Shown here: in pieces, positions 9,687-17,922 of the stretch
Layout: the number at the start of each line of letters is the position of its first letter
Position numbering within the stretch: position 1 is the first letter of the stretch
Source of the DNA: an uncultured Lachnospiraceae bacterium
Lineage (GTDB): Bacteria > Bacillota > Clostridia > Lachnospirales > Lachnospiraceae
Reading direction: 5' to 3'
DNA: 64,000 bases
Assembly: GCA_951802115.1 (NCBI GenBank)
Contig: CATOPL010000013.1
Coordinates: forward strand, 18,011-82,010
The notes under the pieces: generated by a model
Database searches by the model: none
What the model saw: only the letters and a program-made list of their open reading frames with translations
Told to the model about the DNA's origin: nothing
Program-made: the position numbers and the translations under genes

Positions 9687-12329
9687 TCATTCCTTAATCT
9701 GGCTGCTCACAACTTCCGCAGCCTTCGCAAGCGCCTCGTCAACACCGGCCGGATTCTTTCCTCCTGCCTGCGCCATATTCGGACGCCCGCCACCGCCGCC
9801 ACCCACAGCAGATGCTACTGCTTTGATCAGGTTTCCTGCATGAGCTCCTGCTTTCATGGCCCCATCCGTGGCAGTTGCCATCAGACTTACCTTTCCATCC
9901 GTCACAGATGCCAGGAGAACTACGCCCTCGCCCAGCTTCTCCTTCAACTGATCACCCAGGTCACGAAGACCATTCATATCTACATTCTCTACTCTTGCAG
10001 CAAGGAGTTTCATTCCTTTGATCTCCTGCACCTGATCCATAACATTACCAAGGGCATCTTTGGCCGCTTTGCTCTTCAGCGCTTCATTTTCACTCTGCAG
10101 CGCCTTTACCTCTGCAAGAAGATGGCTGATCTTCTCAACTACGGATGCCGGAGCCGCTTTCAGAAGCTTCGCCGCCTCCAAAAGTTTTGTCTCCTGCTCT
10201 TTATAGTAAGTAAATACTCCTTCTCCAGTCAACGCCTCAATCCGGCGGACTCCTGCCGCAATACCTGACTCAGACACAATCTTGAAAGCCGTGATCATCC
10301 CTGTATTGGCCACATGTGTTCCGCCGCACAGCTCTTTGGAAAAATCACCCATGGATACCACACGGACATCTTCTGCATATTTCTCATCAAACAGCGCCAT
10401 AGCGCCGCTCTTTTTTGCTTCTTCCAGATTCATAACCTGTGTCACAACCGGAAGCGCCGCCCGGATTTCCTCATTGACCATGGCCTCTACTCTGGCAAGT
10501 TCTTCTGCAGTCATCTGCTGAAAATGAGCAAAGTCAAACCGCAAACGATCCGGAGTCACCAGTGAGCCTTTCTGCTCTACATGATTGCCCAGCACAAGTT
10601 TCAGCGCTTTCTGAAGCAAATGCGTTGCACTGTGATTCTTACAGGTATCTGCCCGTCCTGCTTCTTCCACCAAAAGCTTAACCGTATCTCCTGATTTTAT
10701 CATTCCTGTATCCATATGCCCCACATGGCCTACCTTACCGCCAAGGAGCTTGATGGTATCTTCTACAATAAATCTGGAATTCCCGCAGGTGATCACGCCT
10801 TTATCTCCCTGCTGTCCGCCCATGGTTGCATAAAACGGCGTTTCTTCCACAAAAACTGTACCGGACTGTCCGTCTGTAAGTGCTTCTGTAAGTTCTGCAT
10901 CTGTAGTAAGCACTGTCACTTTTGATTCATGCACAAGCCGGTCATATCCGACAAATTCTGTCGTTACGGCCGCATCAATCTCATCATAGACCGTCGCATC
11001 CGCACCCATATAATTGGTCGTTTCATGAGATTCCTGCGCCAGCCTTCTCTGCTCTTCCATACATGCTCTGAAACCGTCTTCGTCAATATCATACCCTTTT
11101 TCCTCCAGAATCTCTTTCGTCAGATCCAGCGGAAATCCATAAGTATCATATAATTTAAACGCATCCGGCCCGGAGAGCGTCTTTTTTCCCGACGATTTCA
11201 TGGTCTCTTCCATATCCGCAAGGATACCAAGGCCCTGATCGATGGTCTTATTAAATTTATCTTCTTCCTGTGTCAGGACTTTAAAAATGAATTCTTTCTT
11301 TTCTTCCAGCTCCGGATACCCGTCTTTGGAACCCTCGATCACAGTTTCGGAAAGCTTCGCCAGGAATCTTCCTTCTATGCCCAACAGACGTCCGTGACGC
11401 GCCGCACGACGGATCAGACGGCGGAGCACATATCCTCTGCCCGCATTCGTCGGCATAATCCCGTCAGAAATCATAAAGGTTGCCGAACGAATATGATCCG
11501 TGATCAGACGGATAGACACGTCTTTTTCTTCATCCTTTTTATATTCGCAGTGCGCATATGCGCATACTTTATCACGGAGCGCACGGACCGTATCCACATC
11601 AAAAATAGAACCCACGTCCTGCACGACAGACGCCAGACGTTCCAGTCCCATACCTGTATCAATATTTTTCTGAGTCAGCTCTGTATAATGATTTTCTCCA
11701 TCATTGTCAAACTGGGTAAATACATTATTCCAGATCTCCATATAGCGGTCACAGTCACATCCTACTGTACACCCGGGTTTTTTGCAGCCGTATTTCTCAC
11801 CGCGGTCATAATAAATCTCGGAACACGGACCGCAGGGGCCTGCCCCATGCTCCCAGAAATTGTCTTCCTTGCCAAAACGGAAAATCCGTTCTGCAGGAAT
11901 ACCAATCTTCTGGTTCCAGATCTCAAACGCCTCATCATCCTCCAGATAAACCGACGGATACAGACGGTTCGGATCAAGACCAACCACTTTGGTCAAAAAT
12001 TCCCACGACCAGTCAATCGCTTCTTCCTTGAAATAATCTCCAAAAGAAAAATTTCCCAGCATTTCAAAAAAAGTACCGTGACGGGCTGTCTTTCCCACAT
12101 TTTCAATATCACCGGTGCGGATGCATTTCTGACAGGTCGTCACCCGTTTTCTGGGCGGAATCTCCGCACCTGTAAAATATGGCTTTAACGGCGCCATACC
12201 AGAATTGATCAGCAAAAGACTCTTGTCATTACGCGGAACAAGAGAAAAGCTCTTCATTTTCAGATGATCCTTGCTCTCAAAAAATTCAAGAAACATCCTC
12301 CGGAGCTCGTTAACACCGTATTCCTTCAC
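9687..12329 (-). CDS. alaS: Alanine--tRNA ligase
   Basis: LLLINSGMAPLKPYF, HGTFFEMLGNFSFGDYFKE, NHSATHLL, ELCGGTHV, GGGGGRPNMAQAGG. GTG start at 12329 after RBS AGGAGG. Confidence 0.98.
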   Translation of the reverse strand: MKEYGVNELRRMFLEFFESKDHLKMKSFSLVPRNDKSLLLINSGMAPLKPYFTGAEIPPRKRVTTCQKCIRTGDIENVGKTARHGTFFEMLGNFSFGDYFKEEAIDWSWEFLTKVVGLDPNRLYPSVYLEDDEAFEIWNQKIGIPAERIFRFGKEDNFWEHGAGPCGPCSEIYYDRGEKYGCKKPGCTVGCDCDRYMEIWNNVFTQFDNDGENHYTELTQKNIDTGMGLERLASVVQDVGSIFDVDTVRALRDKVCAYAHCEYKKDEEKDVSIRLITDHIRSATFMISDGIMPTNAGRGYVLRRLIRRAARHGRLLGIEGRFLAKLSETVIEGSKDGYPELEEKKEFIFKVLTQEEDKFNKTIDQGLGILADMEETMKSSGKKTLSGPDAFKLYDTYGFPLDLTKEILEEKGYDIDEDGFRACMEEQRRLAQESHETTNYMGADATVYDEIDAAVTTEFVGYDRLVHESKVTVLTTDAELTEALTDGQSGTVFVEETPFYATMGGQQGDKGVITCGNSRFIVEDTIKLLGGKVGHVGHMDTGMIKSGDTVKLLVEEAGRADTCKNHSATHLLQKALKLVLGNHVEQKGSLVTPDRLRFDFAHFQQMTAEELARVEAMVNEEIRAALPVVTQVMNLEEAKKSGAMALFDEKYAEDVRVVSMGDFSKELCGGTHVANTGMITAFKIVSESGIAAGVRRIEALTGEGVFTYYKEQETKLLEAAKLLKAAPASVVEKISHLLAEVKALQSENEALKSKAAKDALGNVMDQVQEIKGMKLLAARVENVDMNGLRDLGDQLKEKLGEGVVLLASVTDGKVSLMATATDGAMKAGAHAGNLIKAVASAVGGGGGGRPNMAQAGGKNPAGVDEALAKAAEVVSSQIKE

Positions 12330-12491
12330 TTTCGTTTCCTCCTGTTTCAAGTTCTCTCTCTGTCCGCACATCTTCCCATGAACCGGAACACGTTCCGGAT
12401 GCATCCGTGCCCTGAAACTATTTCATATATTATGCAGACAGATACTGTTTGAATTGTCAAACATACTCAGATGCACAACTGCATTCTGTTT

Positions 12492-12520
12492 ATCATATCA
12501 CACGTTTACTCTAACCGCAA
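12492..12520 (-). promoter_or_regulatory. Candidate sigma-A promoter for alaS
   Basis: TTGCGG-N17-TATGAT with an extended TG. Confidence 0.5.
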
Positions 12521-12898
12521 TATTTTCCGTAAAATTTCGCTCCATGACACAAAAAAACAGGCTGCTATTTTATAAACCGCATGAAGAAAAACAACCGTCA
12601 GCTCTTGGATGCATCTAATCTTCCATTTCTGTTTCCACTGGCACTGTCTGTCCAGAATCCAGCACCCCATATAAAATCCGTTCCTCTTCATAGAGATATG
12701 TATACCCGCTTCCATAAAATGAAAATCCCTGTCGCTGACAAAATTACTTTTCTCTCTGTCATAGTCCATTGTAGCCAATTCTATGATATAATCGCCTGTG
12801 ACGTCTTTTGGAACCCTGTAAAGCTCAAACCATGTTCTCTGAGCCGGGCTTACATCGCTCAACCACGTATTTCGCTCATAATCAGCTAACATATGCAT
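12506..12898 (-). CDS. Hypothetical protein or gene remnant
   Basis: 130-aa ORF with no recognisable motif; the C-terminal third looks non-coding. Confidence 0.3.
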   Translation of the reverse strand: MHMLADYERNTWLSDVSPAQRTWFELYRVPKDVTGDYIIELATMDYDREKSNFVSDRDFHFMEAGIHISMKRNGFYMGCWILDRQCQWKQKWKIRCIQELTVVFLHAVYKIAACFFVSWSEILRKILRLE

Positions 12899-13283
12899 AT
12901 TTATCCGCTGTGTTTCTTCTGCAAAATTATTTATAGAAAACGATTGTCCCCAATCTCAATCCTTCCTGTTAGCAGATACATCCCCAGATATCTTCCGGAT
13001 ATATACAAATGTACAAAACGAGACGCCGGAGCAAGCGCCATTCCTATCTCTATATAGAATATTTCGGCAAAAAACAGGTTTCGTCTGCCTTATACGAACA
13101 ATTCAGGTCCGCATAAAACAGACAAAACCATTTCTCAGTCTATACCCATTTCGCAAAATGCGACCGGGTGCACAGACACCTTCATAATATTACGGCCAAC
13201 TCTTTATTACTGCAGATATCTGACGGAATACCGCCCTCCATAAGCTGATGTCACAGCAAAACATGCCGGCCTCCATCCGCTGC

Positions 13284-13520
13284 TCAATTTTCGCAGCCAC
13301 AGCCAGAACCGCCTTTTGCAATTCCTGTATCAAATTCCGTATTCATAATATAGAAATTCTTGGAATCCAGATGTTCCTGCGTGATTCTGAGCGCTTCACC
13401 GAAACGCTGGAAGTGGACGACTTCTCTTGCTCTTAGAAAGCGCAGCGGGTCTGCTACATCCGGATCTTTTACAAGCCGGAGCAGGTTGTCGTAAGTAGTG
13501 CGCGCTTTCTGTTCTGCTGC
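13284..13520 (-). CDS. cotJC: cotJC segment 3 (C-terminal 76 aa of a manganese-catalase-family spore coat protein); no start codon of its own
   Basis: Manual translation: (AA)EQKARTTYDNLLRLVKDPDVADPLRFLRAREVVHFQRFGEALRITQEHLDSKNFYIMNTEFDTGIAKGGSGCGCEN*. Not in the ORF track. Confidence 0.93.
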   Translation of the reverse strand, partial: AAEQKARTTYDNLLRLVKDPDVADPLRFLRAREVVHFQRFGEALRITQEHLDSKNFYIMNTEFDTGIAKGGSGCGCEN

Positions 13521-13543
13521 AATCTTATAAAAACAACTTTTAT

Positions 13544-15103
13544 TCAGAAATCCCAGTAAATCACCACCGGAACATCCCTTGTTCCAGGTATACGTCTGCC
13601 GACTTCTACATGATCAACCAGCATTTCCACCATCTCGCGGGTCAGATGTTCTGCTCTGGTATACTGTTCAATCCGTTCACTGCAGCTCTCACCGGCCGCT
13701 ATTTTTTCTTCAATTTTATTCAGGTACATCTGAGTGTCTGTAATCTGTTTTTCCAGCCTTACACGATCTGCGGCAAATACCTTCGACAGTTCCATATAAT
13801 CAGCATCTGAAACAACTCCATTTATCCTGTCCATATAAAGTCTGTGAATTCCTTTGGCAAACTCTTTCGCTCTTTTTTGATATACAGCCAGGTCAGTAAT
13901 CAGACCGTTTTTTTGTTCCTGCAGGTAATCACACAGCTCCGCCTTTCGCATCAGTTCTTCTTTGTCCAGATATCCGTCCATCAGACGGTTAAGTTCCTCC
14001 GTCACAAGCTCTTTCAGTTTGTCTGCGGAGATAAAAGAACCGACGCAGGAATCTTTTAAAGCATGACGATTCGCACACTTTAGATAATATCGACCCCGGC
14101 TTTTAGAGGAACGCATGGCATAACCGCAGTTTGCACATCTGGCTTTTCCCGCAAACAGGCCTACTGTGCCGGCGGCAAATGGTTTTGCCTTCTGAGCGAT
14201 CAGTGTCTGCACTCTTTCCCAAAGTTCACGGTCAATAATCGGTTCATGAGTCCCCTCGACTACATACCATTCTTCTTTCGGACGGGGTTTGTTCTGCTTT
14301 GTCTTGTACGATGTACTTCCGTATTTCCCCTGCACCATATTTCCAATGTACATTTCATTGATCAGCATGGAAGAAACAGCCGAATATTTCCAGAGAGTGC
14401 CGTATTTTGTCCTTGGCTGACGATAGCGCAGGCCTTGCAGACGTTTATATTCCGTCGGATTAGGAATTCCCCTGTCATTCAGTATACGGGCAATCGCAGT
14501 CTTCCCATAACCCTGAGAAAACAGGGTAAATATTTCTCTCACCACACCGGCAGCTTCCTCATCAATAAGCAAATGGCCTTTTTGCCGGGGATCTTTCCGA
14601 TAGCCGTAAAGGGCAAACGCCCCGATGTGAAAACCGTTTAATCTTCTGCTTGTCAGAACACTGCGGATATTTTCGGACATATCCTCCAGATACCATTCAT
14701 TGATCAGACCATTGATCTGACGGGATTTCTTATTTCCTTTGTCGTCAGTATCCGCATGATCGACAATGCTGATAAAACGGATACCCCAGACAGGAAACAG
14801 CCCGTGAACGTACTTTTCTATCAATTCCAGTTCACGGGTAAAACGTGACTGTGTTTTACAGAGAATAATATCAAACCTGCGCTGCTGTGCATCTTGCAGC
14901 AAACGATTAAATTCCGGGCGGCTTCTGTCTGCACCTGCATAATTATCGTCGCTGTAAACCCGATACAGTTCCCACCCCTGCTCCATCACATACTGCAGAA
15001 GCATGGATTTTTGATTCTGGATACTGTTGCTGTCATCAGTCTTCGACTGTTTATGTTTGTCCTCTTCAGATAAGCGGCAGTAGACAGCTACTCTTGACTT
15101 CAT
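13544..15103 (-). CDS. Large serine recombinase (resolvase + recombinase + Zn-ribbon) of element 2
   Basis: VAVYCRLSEED (catalytic Ser), KTQSRFTRE, GAFALYGYRK, GTHEPIIDRELWERVQ, CANCG...C...C. Start ATG 15103 overlaps the upstream TGA; stop lies 6 nt from the att arm. Confidence 0.93.
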   Translation of the reverse strand: MKSRVAVYCRLSEEDKHKQSKTDDSNSIQNQKSMLLQYVMEQGWELYRVYSDDNYAGADRSRPEFNRLLQDAQQRRFDIILCKTQSRFTRELELIEKYVHGLFPVWGIRFISIVDHADTDDKGNKKSRQINGLINEWYLEDMSENIRSVLTSRRLNGFHIGAFALYGYRKDPRQKGHLLIDEEAAGVVREIFTLFSQGYGKTAIARILNDRGIPNPTEYKRLQGLRYRQPRTKYGTLWKYSAVSSMLINEMYIGNMVQGKYGSTSYKTKQNKPRPKEEWYVVEGTHEPIIDRELWERVQTLIAQKAKPFAAGTVGLFAGKARCANCGYAMRSSKSRGRYYLKCANRHALKDSCVGSFISADKLKELVTEELNRLMDGYLDKEELMRKAELCDYLQEQKNGLITDLAVYQKRAKEFAKGIHRLYMDRINGVVSDADYMELSKVFAADRVRLEKQITDTQMYLNKIEEKIAAGESCSERIEQYTRAEHLTREMVEMLVDHVEVGRRIPGTRDVPVVIYWDF

Positions 15104-15258
15104 ACACATTGTCCCCGCCTCTGCGCAGTCATCCGTTTGCTTTTTTCCATCCTGTCAATAAGTTTTATCCACTTTTCTGTAAACCGTTTTTTTCTTATGT
15201 TCTGACTGCTTTTAAAAACACTCCTGCAAACAGACCTTTGTATCTGCTGATCTGGCAT
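15100..15258 (-). CDS. 52-aa basic protein coupled to the recombinase; candidate recombination directionality factor
   Basis: MPDQQIQRSVCRSVFKSSQNIRKKRFTEKWIKLIDRMEKSKRMTAQRRGQCV*, RBS AAAGGAG, ATGA overlap with the recombinase. Function is inference. Confidence 0.6.
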   Translation of the reverse strand: MPDQQIQRSVCRSVFKSSQNIRKKRFTEKWIKLIDRMEKSKRMTAQRRGQCV

Positions 15259-15404
15259 AAGACCAGCTCCTTTCATAAATGATCGATACAGTTTATGAAT
15301 AACAGCCAGTCCATTATTATAACCCCTTGTTTTTATATTATATCCGCAGAACAGCCAGACACATTCAGGGCATATCTGATTAGTAAAAATCGGTTTATAT
15401 CAAG

Positions 15405-17132
15405 TTATTTCAAAGCAGACATCCGTTTTTTCGTAACCAGAAGAACCACTGCAACAAGCACCAAAATTCCTCCAACTATATAGAAAATCGTCGTCCCTAT
15501 ACCGCCGGTCTCCGGTAGCTGAGAGCCGGAATTATTGATCACTTTCGCAGTCGTTTCATACCCCTCTCCATCTGCCGACTGTTTTATAGTGGAAGGAGCC
15601 TCCTGTTTCAGCTCTCCATTTTCATCATAAACAGCCGTAATCGTTACTGCCACCAGCTCGTCCAGTACAGAATACTGGGCAGGAGCTTTTATCTCCGCCA
15701 GCCAGTATGTTCCTTCCGCAATTCCGCCAAAACCGGCCGCCCCCTGTTCGTCAGTAATCTCAACCGTAATTTGTTCTTCCATCTGCAGCAGTGTATCCCG
15801 CAGTTTTTGTCCGGGAACAGCTTGAACTTTTACCCACTCCACACCTGTATCAATCCGATGATAAGCCTGATAACCCGTTTCCTCACTGCCCTTCAGCAGT
15901 GCAAACCAGGCGCCGGAAAGTTTTTCCCCGTCCTCACTTCTGGCAACTTTATCAACGACAACATCAAAATCATAGACATTAACAAGCTCTCCAGGCGTCG
16001 TTTTGATTCCGCCGCCGTTATTATATTCCAGAACAACCTGATTGGTCTCTTTGTTAGTGGAAAAAGCCCCTTCTGTCAGCACTGCTTCATAACGCACAAT
16101 AACCGTAGGATTATCGGAAATACCTGGAATACTTTTTAATCCGCTTTCATCTGCGCCGAATCGAAATCTGATCTCTGTCTTCTCGTCCTCAGTGATCACA
16201 GGAGAAGAAATCTCATAATATGTTCTGTCTACTGCTGTACCGTCAATAACTACGCTCACACTATCCGCATCAAACTTCAGGCCTTTACTGAGTGTATCAA
16301 TCATGGTATAACTATACGAGCTCACCTTGTCAAGCCCTGGCGCTGTCCCTTTCAGGGTAAATGTCACTCTGCTGCCCACATCATAGCCGGACGCATTGAC
16401 AGACTCATCCGGATTCTCACCGATTGTCTTATGAATTTCAGGAGTTTCCGCCTTGGGTTTAAGATCAACAATCACATCGCCCGGTCCCGGTGTTTCAACA
16501 CTTCCATCTCCATATACCAGTCTGAAGATACAGACAAATGATTCATCCGTTCCAGGCGTACCGCTGGTTATAAGGAAATACTCATTCTGGCCCACACCAA
16601 AACTTCCCTGTCCATTTTGATCCATGGTAATCGTATGAGCGTTGTGGAGAAGCGGCTGATTGTTCTGCGTTGCTCCGTGTTTTAACTCCTGATAGATCGG
16701 CGCCGCCAGATCAGGCCTTAATAACACATAGCCAACCTCCGGAGGATCCACCTTCAGCGTACCGTCTGTAACTACATTCTGATCCAGAATTTTAGCAACC
16801 GCATCAGCATTTCCGACGTCTATATCCGCAAACGGATACACCGTCTCTCCTTCGTTCTGTATGGAAATACCCTTCATCTTTTCACCGAATTCGTTCGCAC
16901 TGGGACTTGTATTCTCCGACAAATCCCAACCGGCGCTGCCCCAGTCTCCCAGTTTGCGTACATAACCTCCGTTTTCCTTAATTACCGGATACACATTATA
17001 AATTCCGCCCGGCACGCCGGTATTCAATGTTATTGTATAAGTACCCAGCGATTCCGCAAAAACAGGAATCCATAATCCTAAAACTATGGCAAATGCCAAC
17101 AGTATACCTGATAATTTTCGAATTTTTCTCAT
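15405..17132 (-). CDS. Backbone pilin-like isopeptide-domain surface protein with LPXTG anchor
   Basis: Signal peptide MRKIRKLSGILLAFAIVLGLWIPVFA, pilin-like LKPKAETPEIHK, D2-like MIDTLSKGLKF, E-box YWLAEIKAPAQY, LPETG + TM + KKR. Confidence 0.88.
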   Translation of the reverse strand: MRKIRKLSGILLAFAIVLGLWIPVFAESLGTYTITLNTGVPGGIYNVYPVIKENGGYVRKLGDWGSAGWDLSENTSPSANEFGEKMKGISIQNEGETVYPFADIDVGNADAVAKILDQNVVTDGTLKVDPPEVGYVLLRPDLAAPIYQELKHGATQNNQPLLHNAHTITMDQNGQGSFGVGQNEYFLITSGTPGTDESFVCIFRLVYGDGSVETPGPGDVIVDLKPKAETPEIHKTIGENPDESVNASGYDVGSRVTFTLKGTAPGLDKVSSYSYTMIDTLSKGLKFDADSVSVVIDGTAVDRTYYEISSPVITEDEKTEIRFRFGADESGLKSIPGISDNPTVIVRYEAVLTEGAFSTNKETNQVVLEYNNGGGIKTTPGELVNVYDFDVVVDKVARSEDGEKLSGAWFALLKGSEETGYQAYHRIDTGVEWVKVQAVPGQKLRDTLLQMEEQITVEITDEQGAAGFGGIAEGTYWLAEIKAPAQYSVLDELVAVTITAVYDENGELKQEAPSTIKQSADGEGYETTAKVINNSGSQLPETGGIGTTIFYIVGGILVLVAVVLLVTKKRMSALK

Positions 17133-17246
17133 TCGTAAACGCGCCTTTCTGCTACGCCCCATAGCGTGCTATAAAATCAATTTCTGTCAACTGTGTACTA
17201 TAGTGGAAAAAAGGGTGTTTCCTGTTGTTCTTACATCATCGCCCCC

Positions 17247-17569
17247 TCTGCTGCCAGGTCCTCAAACAAATCTGTAAGGATATCGCCTTTGGACTGATAT
17301 TCGCAGGCATTATTCGGAATGCCTGCTGCCGCCGTCGGCCACAGCGCTGCCGTATGATCCACATAATATGTGTCAAAACCGGCTTCTTTCAGCTGTTCCA
17401 TCGTCATATTTCTGGTAAGCTGATAGACGATTGCGCAGATCATTTCCAGATGTGCCAGTTCCTCCGTACCAATATCCGTCAGCGTCGCCTGACATTCTTT
17501 ATACGGCATGGTATAACGCTGGGCCAGGTAACGCATACTGGCGCTGAGCTCCCCATCGGGACCACCGAA
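17247..17569 (-). CDS. cotJC: cotJC segment 2 (internal ~102 codons between the two elements)
   Basis: (FGGPD)GELSASMRYLAQRYTMPYKECQATLTDIGTEELAHLEMICAIVYQL...DILTDLFEDLAA(E); carries the Mn-catalase GEL and EELAH motifs. Confidence 0.95.
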
Positions 17570-17595
17570 TTGCCCGAAGATATGACACCGGAAAC

Positions 17596-17808
17596 TCACA
17601 TCTCTTTCTGAGAGATAAGTTTCACAAAATCGTTCCATTCCTCCGGATGGGCAGAAAAATACTCACACAGACTTTGACTGATCTTCCCGCACATCCGATC
17701 CTGCTTCTCTTTTCTCTTCTGAACTGCCAGCTTTCCTAATTCTGTCTCTGTCCCATCCATCTCCTGTATCAACGACGGCATTATTTCCAGCTCTTTTTTA
17801 TATGCCAT
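17596..17808 (-). CDS. 70-aa protein divergent from the element 1 recombinase; candidate directionality factor
   Basis: MAYKKELEIMPSLIQEMDGTETELGKLAVQKRKEKQDRMCGKISQSLCEYFSAHPEEWNDFVKLISQKEM*, RBS GGGGA, ends 26 nt from the att core. Confidence 0.6.
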   Translation of the reverse strand: MAYKKELEIMPSLIQEMDGTETELGKLAVQKRKEKQDRMCGKISQSLCEYFSAHPEEWNDFVKLISQKEM

Positions 17809-17922
17809 ACATAGATCCCCTGTTTTTATTTCTATCCTATGCTTATAACTGCCTCTGTACGCACGAATAAGGTTCCTATATGCACGAATATAATAAACAA
17901 AGATCAAAAAGAGTACCCAATT

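Larger units (their letters stand above)
13513..17254. mobile_element. cotJC-intervening element 2 (3,734 bp excisable unit): serine recombinase, small ORF, pilin
   Basis: 8-bp direct repeat TCTGCTGC at 13513-13520 and 17247-17254; deleting between them rejoins ...DLAA|EQKAR... in frame. Element ends form an inverted repeat (13526-13537 TATAAAAACAAC / 17224-17235 GTTGTTCTTACA, 10 of 12 match). Confidence 0.9.

Noticed and set aside
12330-12520. T-box riboswitch upstream of alaS
   Set aside because: No T-box antiterminator motif (GGTGG.ACC) or terminator is visible in the leader.
17231-17638. ORF-track 135-aa protein as an independent catalase gene
   Set aside because: Its first ~25 and last 4 residues come from element DNA; the real coding part is the middle cotJC segment.
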